Below, one piece after another: positions 35,716-46,100 of a DNA stretch of 64,000 bases. The notes beneath the pieces were generated by a model. That model was not told where the DNA came from. It saw only the letters and a list, made by a program, of their open reading frames with translations, and did no database searches. Within the stretch, counting starts at the first letter, position 1, and each line of letters begins with the position of its first letter. The DNA comes from Alphaproteobacteria bacterium (GTDB lineage: Bacteria > Pseudomonadota > Alphaproteobacteria > SHVV01), in the NCBI GenBank assembly GCA_965261735.1, contig OZ253470.1:3744001-3808000 (forward strand). Direction: 5' to 3'. Both the position numbers and the translations under genes were made by a program.

Positions 35716-36873
35716 ATGAGGGTGTTGTCGACAGTTGCGGCCGCGGTAGCGCTGGCCGTCGTAGCGACGGGGACCGCGTCGGCGCAGTCGAAGGACCCGC
35801 TCAGGCTGCCGTTCGCCTATATCTTCAGCGGCCCGTACATCGAGTACGGCGAGCGCGCGTGGAACCTCGGGCTCGTGCCGGCGGTCGAGGAGATCAACAA
35901 GGCCGGTGGCGTCAAGGGCCGCCCGCTGGAGTTCTACAAGATCGACGTGCGGTTTCCGGATACCGCCCAGTGGATCAGCGAGTTCCGCCGCCTGTGCAAC
36001 GACCCCAACGTGCCGTTGATTTACGGCGTCGGCGCCACCAAGAGCACGCTCGCCATTTACGAGGACACCAACAAGTGCGGTATTCCGGTGTTCAACCCGA
36101 GTTCCGCCGGAAGCTGGCCGCACAAGGACTTCGGCGAGTGGACCTTTCGCTACCAACCGATCGCGAGCAAGGTCTACCCCTCGATGATCGCCAAGGTGCA
36201 CAAGGTGCTCGGCATTAGCCGGTTCGCCATCTCGCACACCCAGGACGACGAGTACGCCGTCAACAATAACCTCGTCCTGAGAAAGGTACTCGCCGAACAG
36301 GGGCTCGAGATCGTCTCCGAGACCTCGTTCAGGGGCAAGGAAACCAACTTCGCCTCGCAGGTGGCGGCAATCCGGGCGGCCAAGCCTGAAGCCGTCGTGC
36401 TCACCCATCAGGCCGGCGACGCCGGGACGTTCCTGTTGCAGCTCCGCGATCGCGGCGTCGATGCCCAGGCGGTCTCGGACACGGTCACCAGCAACGTCGA
36501 CTTCTGGAAGCTGTCCAAGGGCCACGCCAAGGGGGCCATCGGCTACGCGCTCTATGCCGCCGACGACCCGCGACCGATAGTCCAGAACTGGGTCAAGCTG
36601 TGGCGCGAAAAGTCGGGCAAGATGGATGCGGCGCCCGACAACATCGTCACCGCCTATTACGACGCGACGCACATCGTCGCGCACGTCCTCAACACGGCGA
36701 CCGACCTGAGCCGCAAGTCGATCCGCGACGCCTTCTTACGGGTCAAGGACTACGAGGCCATCAGCGGCACGGTCACGTGGAGCGCGGTCGGTGATGTCGA
36801 CCGGCCCAGTGCCGTTCTGATTCAGATCGGCGAGGGCGGTGTCACGCACAACTGGCCCCGAACGGGCAGTTAA
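35716..36873 (+). CDS. Branched-chain amino acid type (LivJ/K-like) ABC substrate-binding protein
   Basis: RBS, signal peptide, EEINKAGGVKGRPLE motif. Confidence 0.9.
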   Translation: MRVLSTVAAAVALAVVATGTASAQSKDPLRLPFAYIFSGPYIEYGERAWNLGLVPAVEEINKAGGVKGRPLEFYKIDVRFPDTAQWISEFRRLCNDPNVPLIYGVGATKSTLAIYEDTNKCGIPVFNPSSAGSWPHKDFGEWTFRYQPIASKVYPSMIAKVHKVLGISRFAISHTQDDEYAVNNNLVLRKVLAEQGLEIVSETSFRGKETNFASQVAAIRAAKPEAVVLTHQAGDAGTFLLQLRDRGVDAQAVSDTVTSNVDFWKLSKGHAKGAIGYALYAADDPRPIVQNWVKLWREKSGKMDAAPDNIVTAYYDATHIVAHVLNTATDLSRKSIRDAFLRVKDYEAISGTVTWSAVGDVDRPSAVLIQIGEGGVTHNWPRTGS

Positions 36874-37003
36874 CCGGCGGTCCGAAACGTGCCTTCGCGA
36901 AGCGCGCGCCGGGGTGGCTAGTTCACTCCGGCGCGCGCGTCGCGAAGCGCGCGATCCGCCTATCCATTGACCCGCGCATCCGCGCACCACGCAATGAGGG
37001 GCC

Positions 37004-38095
37004 ATGACCAGTGCGTTTGACAGGGTGATCTCAGCCGATTCGCACGTCAACGAACCGTTAGACCTCTGGGCTCGGGCGTTGGGCGACAGATTCGGCGATC
37101 AAACGCCCCGCGGCCTCGATTCTTACCGCGGCCGGGACGGCCATTTCTTCTTTTCCGGTCGCGAGGTCTTACGGCTTGGCGACCCCGAAGCCGAGGCCGG
37201 CCCGGGATCGCGCGAAGCGGGCTTCATGCCCGATCGCCGCGTGCGCTTCCAGGAGGAGGCCGATGTCGAGTCGGAGCTCCTCTACCCCACGCTGGGCCTG
37301 ATCCTGTTCCGCTCCCACCCCGGTGAGGTGTTGCGCGCGGCCGCCGGAGTCTTCAACGATTGGCTCGGCGAGTTCGCGTCCTACGATCCGAAGCGGCTCG
37401 TCGGTATCGGCATGGTACCGATGGATGACGTCGACTGGGCGATAGGCGAGCTCGAGCGGATCAGCAAGATGGGGTTCCGCGGGGCCATCATCAACACCCT
37501 TGCACCCGAGGGCTGCCCGCCTTACCGCGACTCGGTCTACGACCCGTTCTGGGCGCGCGCCGAGGAGCTTGATATCCCGCTTACGCTGCACTCGCTGGCC
37601 GGCCGCACGCCCTCGCCCTTCGGCTTCCACACCGCCGAGGAGCACGAGGAATCACCTCGCACCATGCTGTTCGCGTTCTTCGAGATCGCCGACGTGCTCG
37701 CCAACGAGTTCATCTTCGGCAAGATCCTCGACCGGTTCCCGCGCCTCAAGATCGTGTGCAGCGAGTTCGAGCTGTCATGGATTCCGCACTTCATGTGGCG
37801 CCTCGACCAGATGCAGACGGCTTTCGCCGAGCGCATGCCGCTGCCGCAGCTCGACCTCAAGGCCAGCGACTACCTGCGCACCCGCATCTGGCAGGGAATT
37901 ATTGACGATCCACTCGCGCGCGAGACCATTCCGCACGTCGGCGTGAGCCGGATCCTCTGGGGTTCGGACTACCCCCACGTACGCTCCATCGGCCTCAATG
38001 CGCATAGCGCGGTGGCGCAAATCTTCGAGGGCATGCCGGAGGCCGACCAGGCCCGCATTGTCGCCACCAACGCGGCCGAACTCTACAGCCTCTAG
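37004..38095 (+). CDS. Amidohydrolase-family protein
   Basis: ISADSHVNEP and LWGSDYPH motifs. Confidence 0.9.
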   Translation: MTSAFDRVISADSHVNEPLDLWARALGDRFGDQTPRGLDSYRGRDGHFFFSGREVLRLGDPEAEAGPGSREAGFMPDRRVRFQEEADVESELLYPTLGLILFRSHPGEVLRAAAGVFNDWLGEFASYDPKRLVGIGMVPMDDVDWAIGELERISKMGFRGAIINTLAPEGCPPYRDSVYDPFWARAEELDIPLTLHSLAGRTPSPFGFHTAEEHEESPRTMLFAFFEIADVLANEFIFGKILDRFPRLKIVCSEFELSWIPHFMWRLDQMQTAFAERMPLPQLDLKASDYLRTRIWQGIIDDPLARETIPHVGVSRILWGSDYPHVRSIGLNAHSAVAQIFEGMPEADQARIVATNAAELYSL

Positions 38096-38121
38096 CCAAC
38101 TCCTCAACAAGGGGACCCGCC

Positions 38122-38267
38122 ATGCGCGTGGCCTTTACCGACGTCGACGGCATCCGCACCCGCTACTTCTACGAAGGCTCGGGGCCGACGCTCGTTCTCA
38201 TCCATGGGCTGGGCATCTCGGCCGACAGCTGGACCCGCAACATCGACGCGTTGGCCGAGCACTTCAC
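38122..38267 (+). pseudogene. Alpha/beta hydrolase, 5' fragment
   Basis: GSGPTLVLIHGLG...LAEHFT, then fused to IS21 sequence. Confidence 0.8.
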
Positions 38268-39273
38268 GGCAGCGATCGCCCGGTTCAGCGACGCCAGATC
38301 ATGGAAGACATGGTTGCGCAGCGGCGCCAGGACCCTGCGCTCAACGTGTAGCACTCCTTGCTCGACGAGTCCCTTGTCGCGCGGGCGCCGGACCCGCGCC
38401 GGCAGGCCCTGGACGCCGTAATGTTCGAGCAGATCGGCGTAGGTCTCGTTCAGGACCGGCTCGTAGCGCGACGGCTGCGTCACCGCCGGCTTGAGGTTGT
38501 CGGGCACCACCAGCTGCGGCGCCCAGCCCATGTCCTCGAAGCAGCGCACGTGCGAAGCGCACCAGTCCTCGATCTTCTGGGTCAGCGTCGCCTCGGCGTA
38601 GAGCCGCCCCGAGACCCCCATCGAGGCCACGAACACCTGCGCCTCGTGCTCGACCCCGTCGACCAGGAGCACAATCGTCATGCCGGCGTAATCGACGAAC
38701 AGCCGCTCTCCGGGACGGCGATTTTGGCGCATCGTCACGTCCCGGCGCGGTCGCCATTCCCGGAAACGGCGACACCAGGTCGGATAGCTCATCCCGTCGG
38801 GATGCGTCTCGCGCCATTCCTCCCACAGCAGCATCAGCGTCATGCCGCGGCCGGACAGGTCTTTCTCGACCTTCGCCCAGTCCACCTCCGGCCAATCCGA
38901 AGCCCGGGACCTCCGATAGAGCGCCGCCTCCAGGACCTCCTCGTCCAGGTCGCGGGCCTCCGGCCAGCTCAGCCCCGAGGCGGCGAACCGCTCCAGGGTC
39001 TGCGCCACCGAGCGCCGCGCTGGGCCGCAGTGGGTGGCGATCGCGCGGGCGCTGCGGCCCTCGTCGAAATGAAACGCAAGAATCCTCTTCACCTTTCTCA
39101 TCGGTAACCTTCCCTGTGCCATCCCGTACCCCTCGGACCAATCGCGAAAGTCCGAGGCGTACGATGACACCCTGAGTCGCACCAAAACCCGCCGCCCCCG
39201 AGGGGTGGCTACCTTGGTGAGATTGGGTGGCTACCATGGTGAGAATCGGTGGCTACCTTCGTGAGATTCCGCA
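38265..39273 (-). mobile_element. istA: Second IS21-family element, left end plus truncated istA
   Basis: TG terminus with three 22-bp-period repeats GGTGGCTACCxTxGTGAGA; PGERLFVDYAG and VPDNLK motifs. Confidence 0.9.
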
Positions 39274-40206
39274 GGCTTGTAGGTGCTGGTGGCTAACGCC
39301 GTGGTGGATACCGATCAGCCACGTCTTCAGGTTGGCGAAAACCAGATGGATGATCGGCAGGTATTGCTCGGCAACCTCTGGATCACCACACTCGGCAACA
39401 GCGAAGTGCTCATAGCCGCGCTTACCGAGGCCAGCATAGCCGCTCCAATCGTCAGTAACGATCAGCGATCGCGGCGCGACGGTGCTCTCGACGAACCCAC
39501 AGAGCGACTCGGCGCTACGGTCGAGCACGACGGCGAGCCGAACGCGTCCGGCATAGCGTCCGTCTTTCCGGTTGTCGAGCTTGGTGCCCGGCTTTCGATG
39601 ACGCACCTCGATGGCACAGGAGACGGGAACCTTGTGGTGAACACCACGGCCTTCCCCACGCGTTCGCCCGCCAACCCAGGTTTCGTCCACCTCAACATGG
39701 TTCTTGGGCTGTCCACCGATCCTGTCTTGGTTGGGCCGCACCATGCCCGAGCGGAGCTTGTGGAGAATTTGAAAGGCCGTCTCGTAGCGCGAAAGACCAA
39801 GTTGCCGCTGAAACTGCACGGCGGACATGCCGGGCGTCTGACTGGCGACCAGATAAGCGGCCCAGAACCAGACGTTCAGCGGAGTGTGGCTACGCTCCAT
39901 CACTGTTCCCACCGTCAGCCCGGTGTTCTGGCGGCACTTGCGGCAGCGCAGGACGCCAGGGCGGTTTTCAAAGTGGAACGGCTCTCCCGCCGTGCCGCAG
40001 TGCGGGCAGGCAAAGCCGTCTCCCCAGCGGGCTTTCTCCAGGTAGGCGGCGCAGGCCGCATCATCGGGGAAAAGTCGCTGGAACTCGGGTAGCGAATGCG
40101 GGAATGGGAGATCGGCGCGGTCGAGAACATCCATGGCGCGCTCCCCTATATCCGGGTTGCGCCCATTCTAGCCCTAGTGGGTGTGGGTGTAAACCGGATA
40201 GGCAAG
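39274..40206 (-). mobile_element. IS1595 element A, 3'-truncated by IS21
   Basis: Left IR at 40206; identity to the other copies. Confidence 0.95.
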
Positions 40207-40268
40207 CTTTCAACACCTTGTCAACACAAGGACGGTGGCGGTGTTCGGCGAAGGACGATCTTAAGGCA

Positions 40269-40650
40269 CTATCGCCGGTGTATCCCGGCGCGGGCTGGGT
40301 TCCACATGCGAAACACGGAATCCTGACCGAACCGCGCCTGAAACGCAGCAGAAATCTCGTCGACCAACTTCATGCTGCGATCGGTGTCGGCCGTGACGGC
40401 GCCCATCACCACCCTGACCGGCTCCCGCTGCAAGTTACCGGTTGGCTCGAGCCACTGCCTCCGGCCTTCCAGCACGGTCAGCCTCGCCCGGAATCGCGGC
40501 GTGATGGTATCCGCAAGGAAGCGTTCCCATTCTTCCTCCGTGACAACCTTGCCCGTGTGGCGTCGGCCAAACCGAAGAAGAGTCGGAATAAACCGCGGAC
40601 CGCGTGAGGCGGCATTTCGACAGGCTGCTGGCGAGGGGATGACGACATCG
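40269..40650 (-). pseudogene. DUF3574-like protein, frameshifted
   Basis: RLFFG / VTEEEWERFLADTITPRF...FGQDSV split across two frames. Confidence 0.6.
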
Positions 40651-40740
40651 CCCGCTCGCCGGCGGCAACGCCCGATGGCCCAACCGGGGTTGCGGTGTTC
40701 ATCCGGAAATGATTTGCTGGTCGGGTGTCAGAGGAGGGGG

Positions 40741-42042
40741 ATGATCGTGCGTCGGCCTATCGGCCCAGCCTTCGCGATTCCGTTGGCTTCCGTCCTGCCT
40801 CAGCCGGCTTGGGCGGCGGAGGCGGCTTTCAGCGCCGGCGACACCGCATGGATCATCGTCGCCAGCGCGCTGGTCCTGTTGATGACCCTGCCGGGCCTGG
40901 CGATGTTCTATGCCGGGCTGGTGCGCTCCCAGGCCGTGCTGTCGGTGATCATGCAATGTTTCGCGATCACCTGCGTTGCGAGCCTGCTCTGGCTGATCCT
41001 CGGCTACAGCCTGGCCTTTGCCGACAGCGTCGGCGGCATCATCGGTGGTCTCGGCAAGGCTTTCTTCGCCGGCGTGACGCCGGACGCCTTGAACGGCTCG
41101 ATTCCCGAGATCGTTTTTGCCGTTTTCCAGATGACCTTTGCCATCATCACCCCGGCCCTGATGGTCGGCGCGTATGTCGAGCGCGTCAAGTTCCAGGCTG
41201 TGCTCATTCTGAGCGGGGTGTGGCTCATCGTGGTCTACGCGCCGGTCTGCCATTGGATCTGGGGCGGCGGTTGGCTCAGCGCGCTCGGAATCATGGACTT
41301 CGCCGGTGGCCTGGTGGTGCACACGACCGCCGGCGTATCGGCGCTTGTCATCGCTGTCATGGTGGGCGGCCGCCGCGGCTTTCCCAATCAGATCCATCCG
41401 CCGCACAATCCCGGCATGACGGCGGCGGGGGCAGCGCTGCTCTGGGTCGGCTGGTTCGGCTTCAACGGCGGCAGTCAACTGGCTGCCGATGGCAGCGCCG
41501 GCATGGCCATCGCCGCGACCCACATCGCCGCGGCGGCCGCGGCCGCAACCTGGTCGGCTACCGAGTGGATCAAGTTCGGCAAGACCTCTGTCGTCGGCGC
41601 CGCGACCGGCGTCATCGCCGGTCTCGCCACGGTCACGCCCGCTTCGGGCTTCATCGGCCCGGTCGGCGCCTTGATGCTGGGCGTGGCCGCGGGCGCGGTC
41701 TGCTTCTTCGCGACAGAACTGGTCAAGCAGCGATGGAAGATCGACGACTCCCTTGACGTCTTTGCCGTGCATGGCGTCGGCGGCATGTTGGGTTCACTGC
41801 TGGTCGCCGGCCTCGCCGTCGGGGCGCTGGGCGGGAACGGCTTGGCCGAGAATATGACGATCGCCAAGCAGTTCGGCGTTCAGGTGGTCGGTCTGCTCGC
41901 CACCGCGGCGTGGTCGGCCCTGGCCACCTTCGCGATCGTGAAGATCACGGCGGCGCTTACCGGCGGTCTCAGGGTCGACGAGGAAGGCGAATTGGTGGGC
42001 CTCGATCTTGCTGCCCATGGCGAAAGGGGTTATGACTTCTGA
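40741..42042 (+). CDS. amtB: Ammonium transporter
   Basis: FQMTFA, DFAGGLVVH, WFGFNGGS, DDSLDVFAVHG and HGERGY motifs. Confidence 0.96.
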   Translation: MIVRRPIGPAFAIPLASVLPQPAWAAEAAFSAGDTAWIIVASALVLLMTLPGLAMFYAGLVRSQAVLSVIMQCFAITCVASLLWLILGYSLAFADSVGGIIGGLGKAFFAGVTPDALNGSIPEIVFAVFQMTFAIITPALMVGAYVERVKFQAVLILSGVWLIVVYAPVCHWIWGGGWLSALGIMDFAGGLVVHTTAGVSALVIAVMVGGRRGFPNQIHPPHNPGMTAAGAALLWVGWFGFNGGSQLAADGSAGMAIAATHIAAAAAAATWSATEWIKFGKTSVVGAATGVIAGLATVTPASGFIGPVGALMLGVAAGAVCFFATELVKQRWKIDDSLDVFAVHGVGGMLGSLLVAGLAVGALGGNGLAENMTIAKQFGVQVVGLLATAAWSALATFAIVKITAALTGGLRVDEEGELVGLDLAAHGERGYDF

Positions 42043-42066
42043 TCGGGCATGGAGGACGCTAAGCCG

Positions 42067-42405
42067 ATGAAGCTGATCAGGGCGGTGGTCAAACCGCACA
42101 AGCTCGACCCGGTACACGAGGCGCTGGTCGAGGTCGGGGTTACCGACCTGACTGCGAGCGAGGTCAAGGGGTTCGACCGGCAGATGGGTCATGCCGAGAT
42201 GCACCGGGGCACGGAATACCGGATCGCTTTCATGCCGATGGTGAAGATCGAGGCGGTGGTGACCGACGAGTTGGTCGAACCGGTGATGGAGGCGATCCGC
42301 CGAGCCGCCGGCACCAACCAGGACGACGACGGCAAGATCTCCGTCTGCGAGGTGGTTGGCACGCGGCGGATCCATGGCGGCGAGACCGGCGAGGCGGCGC
42401 TGTAG
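42067..42405 (+). CDS. glnK: P-II family nitrogen regulator, divergent
   Basis: 112 aa; MKLIRAVVKPHKL...RGTEY...DGKI; adjacent to amtB. Confidence 0.85.
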   Translation: MKLIRAVVKPHKLDPVHEALVEVGVTDLTASEVKGFDRQMGHAEMHRGTEYRIAFMPMVKIEAVVTDELVEPVMEAIRRAAGTNQDDDGKISVCEVVGTRRIHGGETGEAAL

Positions 42406-42461
42406 CCGCCGCGGCACTCGCGGAGCCGAAGCGGGCGGAGAGCAAGTCAAAGGACACGGCG

Positions 42462-42800
42462 ATGGAAGTGAGAACCGAACGACAAGACGGAACCCTGGTC
42501 GCCGAGGTCGAGGGCCGTATCGATGGCGTCACCGCCCGCGAGTTCGAGGATACGATGAAGTCCGCCATCAGCGAGGAGGACGCCGCGGTGATCATGGATC
42601 TTGAAGGCGTCTCTTACGTCAGCAGCGCGGGGCTCAGAGCGATTCTGTTGATCGCCAAGGACCTCGGGAAACGCGACGCGAAGTTCGCCTTGTGCTCGCT
42701 CGCCGAACCGATTGGGGAGGTCTTCGATATGGCGGGATTCGACAAGATCATCAAGATTCACCGCACCAGGGCGGAGGCGCTGACCGAGACGGGCGGCTGA
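42462..42800 (+). CDS. STAS anti-anti-sigma factor
   Basis: DLEGVSYVSSAGLR phosphoacceptor motif. Confidence 0.92.
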   Translation: MEVRTERQDGTLVAEVEGRIDGVTAREFEDTMKSAISEEDAAVIMDLEGVSYVSSAGLRAILLIAKDLGKRDAKFALCSLAEPIGEVFDMAGFDKIIKIHRTRAEALTETGG

Positions 42801-42802
42801 AC

Positions 42803-43908
42803 CTTGCCTATCCGGTTTACACCCACACCCACTAGGGCTAGAATGGGCGCAACCCGGATATAGGGGAGCGCGCCATGGATGTTCTCGACCGCGCCGATCT
42901 CCCATTCCCGCATTCGCTACCCGAGTTCCAGCGACTTTCCCCCGATGATGCGGCCTGCGCCGCCTACCTGGAGAAAGCCCGCTGGGGAGACGGCTTTGCC
43001 TGCCCGCACTGCGGCACGGCGGGAGAGCCGTTCCACTTTGAAAACCGCCCTGGCGTCCTGCGCTGCCGCAAGTGCCGCCAGAACACCGGGCTGACGGTGG
43101 GAACAGTGATGGAGCGTAGCCACACTCCGCTGAACGTCTGGTTCTGGGCCGCTTATCTGGTCGCCAGTCAGACGCCCGGCATGTCCGCCGTGCAGTTTCA
43201 GCGGCAACTTGGTCTTTCGCGCTACGAGACGGCCTTTCAAATTCTCCACAAGCTCCGCTCGGGCATGGTGCGGCCCAACCAAGACAGGATCGGTGGACAG
43301 CCCAAGAACCATGTTGAGGTGGACGAAACCTGGGTTGGCGGGCGAACGCGTGGGGAAGGCCGTGGTGTTCACCACAAGGTTCCCGTCTCCTGTGCCATCG
43401 AGGTGCGTCATCGAAAGCCGGGCACCAAGCTCGACAACCGGAAAGACGGACGCTATGCCGGACGCGTTCGGCTCGCCGTCGTGCTCGACCGTAGCGCCGA
43501 GTCGCTCTGTGGGTTCGTCGAGAGCACCGTCGCGCCGCGATCGCTGATCGTTACTGACGATTGGAGCGGCTATGCTGGCCTCGGTAAGCGCGGCTATGAG
43601 CACTTCGCTGTTGCCGAGTGTGGTGATCCAGAGGTTGCCGAGCAATACCTGCCGATCATCCATCTGGTTTTCGCCAACCTGAAGACGTGGCTGATCGGTA
43701 TCTCACCACGGCGTTAGCCACCAGCACCTACAAGCCTACCTCAACGAGTTCACCTTCCGCTTCAACAGGCGGTTCTACCCGTTCAACGCCTTCCGCTCAT
43801 TGCTCGGCATCGCGGGCGACACCTCTGCTCCAACCTATGCCGAGCTTTACTCGGGAGAGTGGCGGCACCCTACATGTAGCGGTCATGGGCGTTAACCGGA
43901 TAGGCAAG
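42803..43908 (+). mobile_element. IS1595 element A, complete ends, 1-bp frameshift
   Basis: TSD GGCTGAAC (42795-42802 / 43909-43916). Confidence 0.96.
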
Positions 43909-43922
43909 GGCTGAACCTATCC

Positions 43923-46100
43923 TTAGCAGGACGGGGGCTGGGCCGCGTTCGCCGGCAGTTCGATGATCATTTCGGTAAACGCGTCGGGCTCGGAATCGAC
44001 CCGGATATCTCCCCCATGTTGGCGGACGATGTCGTTCGACAGGGAAAGGCCCAGCCCGGTACCCTGGTCCGTCGGCTTGGTGGTGAAAAAAGGATTGAAT
44101 ATCTTGTCGACGACGTCGGGTGGAATGCCGCCGCCGTTGTCGCGAATGCGGATTTCGAGACGGTCCGTCAGGCGCCGGGTCGCCAGCCGCAACCTCGGCT
44201 CATAGTCCGCCGCCGCTTCGCCGGCGGGCTGGTCGCCGACGGTGGCGCGGCACTTCTCGTCAGTCGCGTAGCAGGCATTTCTTACCATGTTCAGGAACAC
44301 CCGTCCGAGGTCCTGGGGAATGACTTCGCATTCGCCGAGCTCGGGGTCGAAGTCTTCTTCGACGTCCAGGCGGAAGGCCGGATCGCTCACGCGCGCGTTG
44401 TGATAGGCGAGCCGGGCGTGCTCGGAGAGCAGGGCGTTGATATCGGTCGACCGCCACTCGCCCGAGGCGCTGCCCATCATCAGCATGGACTGCACGATCT
44501 GGTTGGCCCGCTCGCCATGCTCGTGGATGCGTTTCAGGTTGCCGGTAAGATCGCCGCCGATCTCCTCGATCAGCTCCCGGCTTTCCTCGTCCGGCTCCAT
44601 GTCGCCCTCGCCGGTGGCCCTCGGGATCTCGGCCAACATCTCCTGCAACAACTCCTCCGAGACTTCCGAGAAATTCTTGATGAAATTGAGCGGGTTCTTG
44701 ATCTCGTGGGCGACTCCGGCGGTGAGTTCGCCGAGCGCCGCAAGCTTCTCGCGCATGACGATCTGATCTTGCGTTCGCTCCAGCTCGGCCAGCGCCTGCA
44801 TGAGCTGGTCGTTCTTGCCGCGCAGCTCCTCGGCCAGCTTCTCCACCAGGTTCAGCCGCTGAACCTCGAGCGCGTGGCGGCGAAAGACCTCCAACGCCGC
44901 CGCCATATCCGCCACTTCGTCGCGCCCCGCGATCTCCACCGCGCCTTCGAGATCGCCCTCGGCCATGCCGCGCATCCGCTCGGAAAGCCGGCCCAGGCGG
45001 CGCGACAACACGCGTCCGACGAACAACCAGGCGATCAACACCGCGCCGACGATGCTGGCGGCGCTGATCAGCAGCAGCAGATTGCGCCCGGCGAGGATGG
45101 CCTCGTCCGCGGCGCGGGTGGCTGCTTCGGCGCTGGTGCGGGCGGCGCTGACCAGGCTCTTGACCGCCGCCACGAGCTCGATGCCGAGGCCGCGATTGCG
45201 CTGCAGGAGGTCTCGTTGCCGCCGGTCGAGGGCGATCTCCCGGGCCCGCAGGCCGAACCCTCCATTGGGCCCGGCGCCGAGCTCGATCAGCCGGGCGAAG
45301 GGCGGGCCGAGCCGCTGGCGCGCCGGCGCCGTCCCGAGCGCCGCTAGGCGTCGCTCGATGCCGCGCGCCGCGGCCTCGAAGCGCTCCCGCAACGGCTCCA
45401 GCAGGGCTGCATCCGAGACGTTGAAAGCGGTCGCCAGAAGCTGCGCCCCAATCGTGGCGGCGGCCCGAAGCTCGGCCAGATGACGATAGCGGTTGATCTC
45501 CGCCGGCGTAAAATGCCGCGTGCGCGGTGCCGGTCCCTCGCCGAGATTGCGGTAGCCGGTCATCGTGTAGAACAGCTGATCGTCGATCAACGGGACCAGA
45601 AGGCCGGTCAGCTCGCCGCGAAGCGACGCCAACTCCTGGCGCTGCGCCTGCCGCAGCGCGGCCAACTCGAAGCGCTCCGACATCGAGGCCTCGATCGCCT
45701 CGATACTGGCGATCAGCGCCTCGCCGCGCTGGCGGATCGGCCGCGAGCGCGCCGCGTCCTGCTCCAACTCCACCAGCCCCGTCAGTTGCGCCTCGAAGGC
45801 CATGCGGTCCCCGGCGATCTTGCCGGCGATGCGCGCCAGGTCGCCGGGCGTGGCCGCAGTGGTCAGGCGCGGGGCCGCGGCCACCAGGGCGCCGCTCTGC
45901 CGCGCCACCGTGAAGGCGGCCACGATCTCGGGAACGCTGCCCTCGTTGACCCGACGTTGGATGTCGCCGACCCGCTCGAAGGAGATCCAACCGACCAGGC
46001 TGGCGACGATGGTGAAGGCGACGGCCGCGCCAATACCGAGATTGAGCTGCGTGGAGATGCGAAAGCAGCTTCGCAGCAGGCGTTTGGACAATTCGATCAT
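43923..46100 (-). CDS. Sensor histidine kinase (helical periplasmic sensor, HAMP, HisKA, HATPase)
   Basis: GVAHEIKNPL, NMVRNA, DNGGGI, NPFFTTK and GTGLGL motifs. Confidence 0.94.
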   Translation of the reverse strand: MIELSKRLLRSCFRISTQLNLGIGAAVAFTIVASLVGWISFERVGDIQRRVNEGSVPEIVAAFTVARQSGALVAAAPRLTTAATPGDLARIAGKIAGDRMAFEAQLTGLVELEQDAARSRPIRQRGEALIASIEAIEASMSERFELAALRQAQRQELASLRGELTGLLVPLIDDQLFYTMTGYRNLGEGPAPRTRHFTPAEINRYRHLAELRAAATIGAQLLATAFNVSDAALLEPLRERFEAAARGIERRLAALGTAPARQRLGPPFARLIELGAGPNGGFGLRAREIALDRRQRDLLQRNRGLGIELVAAVKSLVSAARTSAEAATRAADEAILAGRNLLLLISAASIVGAVLIAWLFVGRVLSRRLGRLSERMRGMAEGDLEGAVEIAGRDEVADMAAALEVFRRHALEVQRLNLVEKLAEELRGKNDQLMQALAELERTQDQIVMREKLAALGELTAGVAHEIKNPLNFIKNFSEVSEELLQEMLAEIPRATGEGDMEPDEESRELIEEIGGDLTGNLKRIHEHGERANQIVQSMLMMGSASGEWRSTDINALLSEHARLAYHNARVSDPAFRLDVEEDFDPELGECEVIPQDLGRVFLNMVRNACYATDEKCRATVGDQPAGEAAADYEPRLRLATRRLTDRLEIRIRDNGGGIPPDVVDKIFNPFFTTKPTDQGTGLGLSLSNDIVRQHGGDIRVDSEPDAFTEMIIELPANAAQPPSC

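Noticed and set aside
39204-39266. Three 19-bp direct repeats with 22-bp period, CRISPR-like at first sight
   Set aside because: Spacers are only 3 bp; they sit at the TG terminus of an IS21, where multiple transposase-binding repeats are normal
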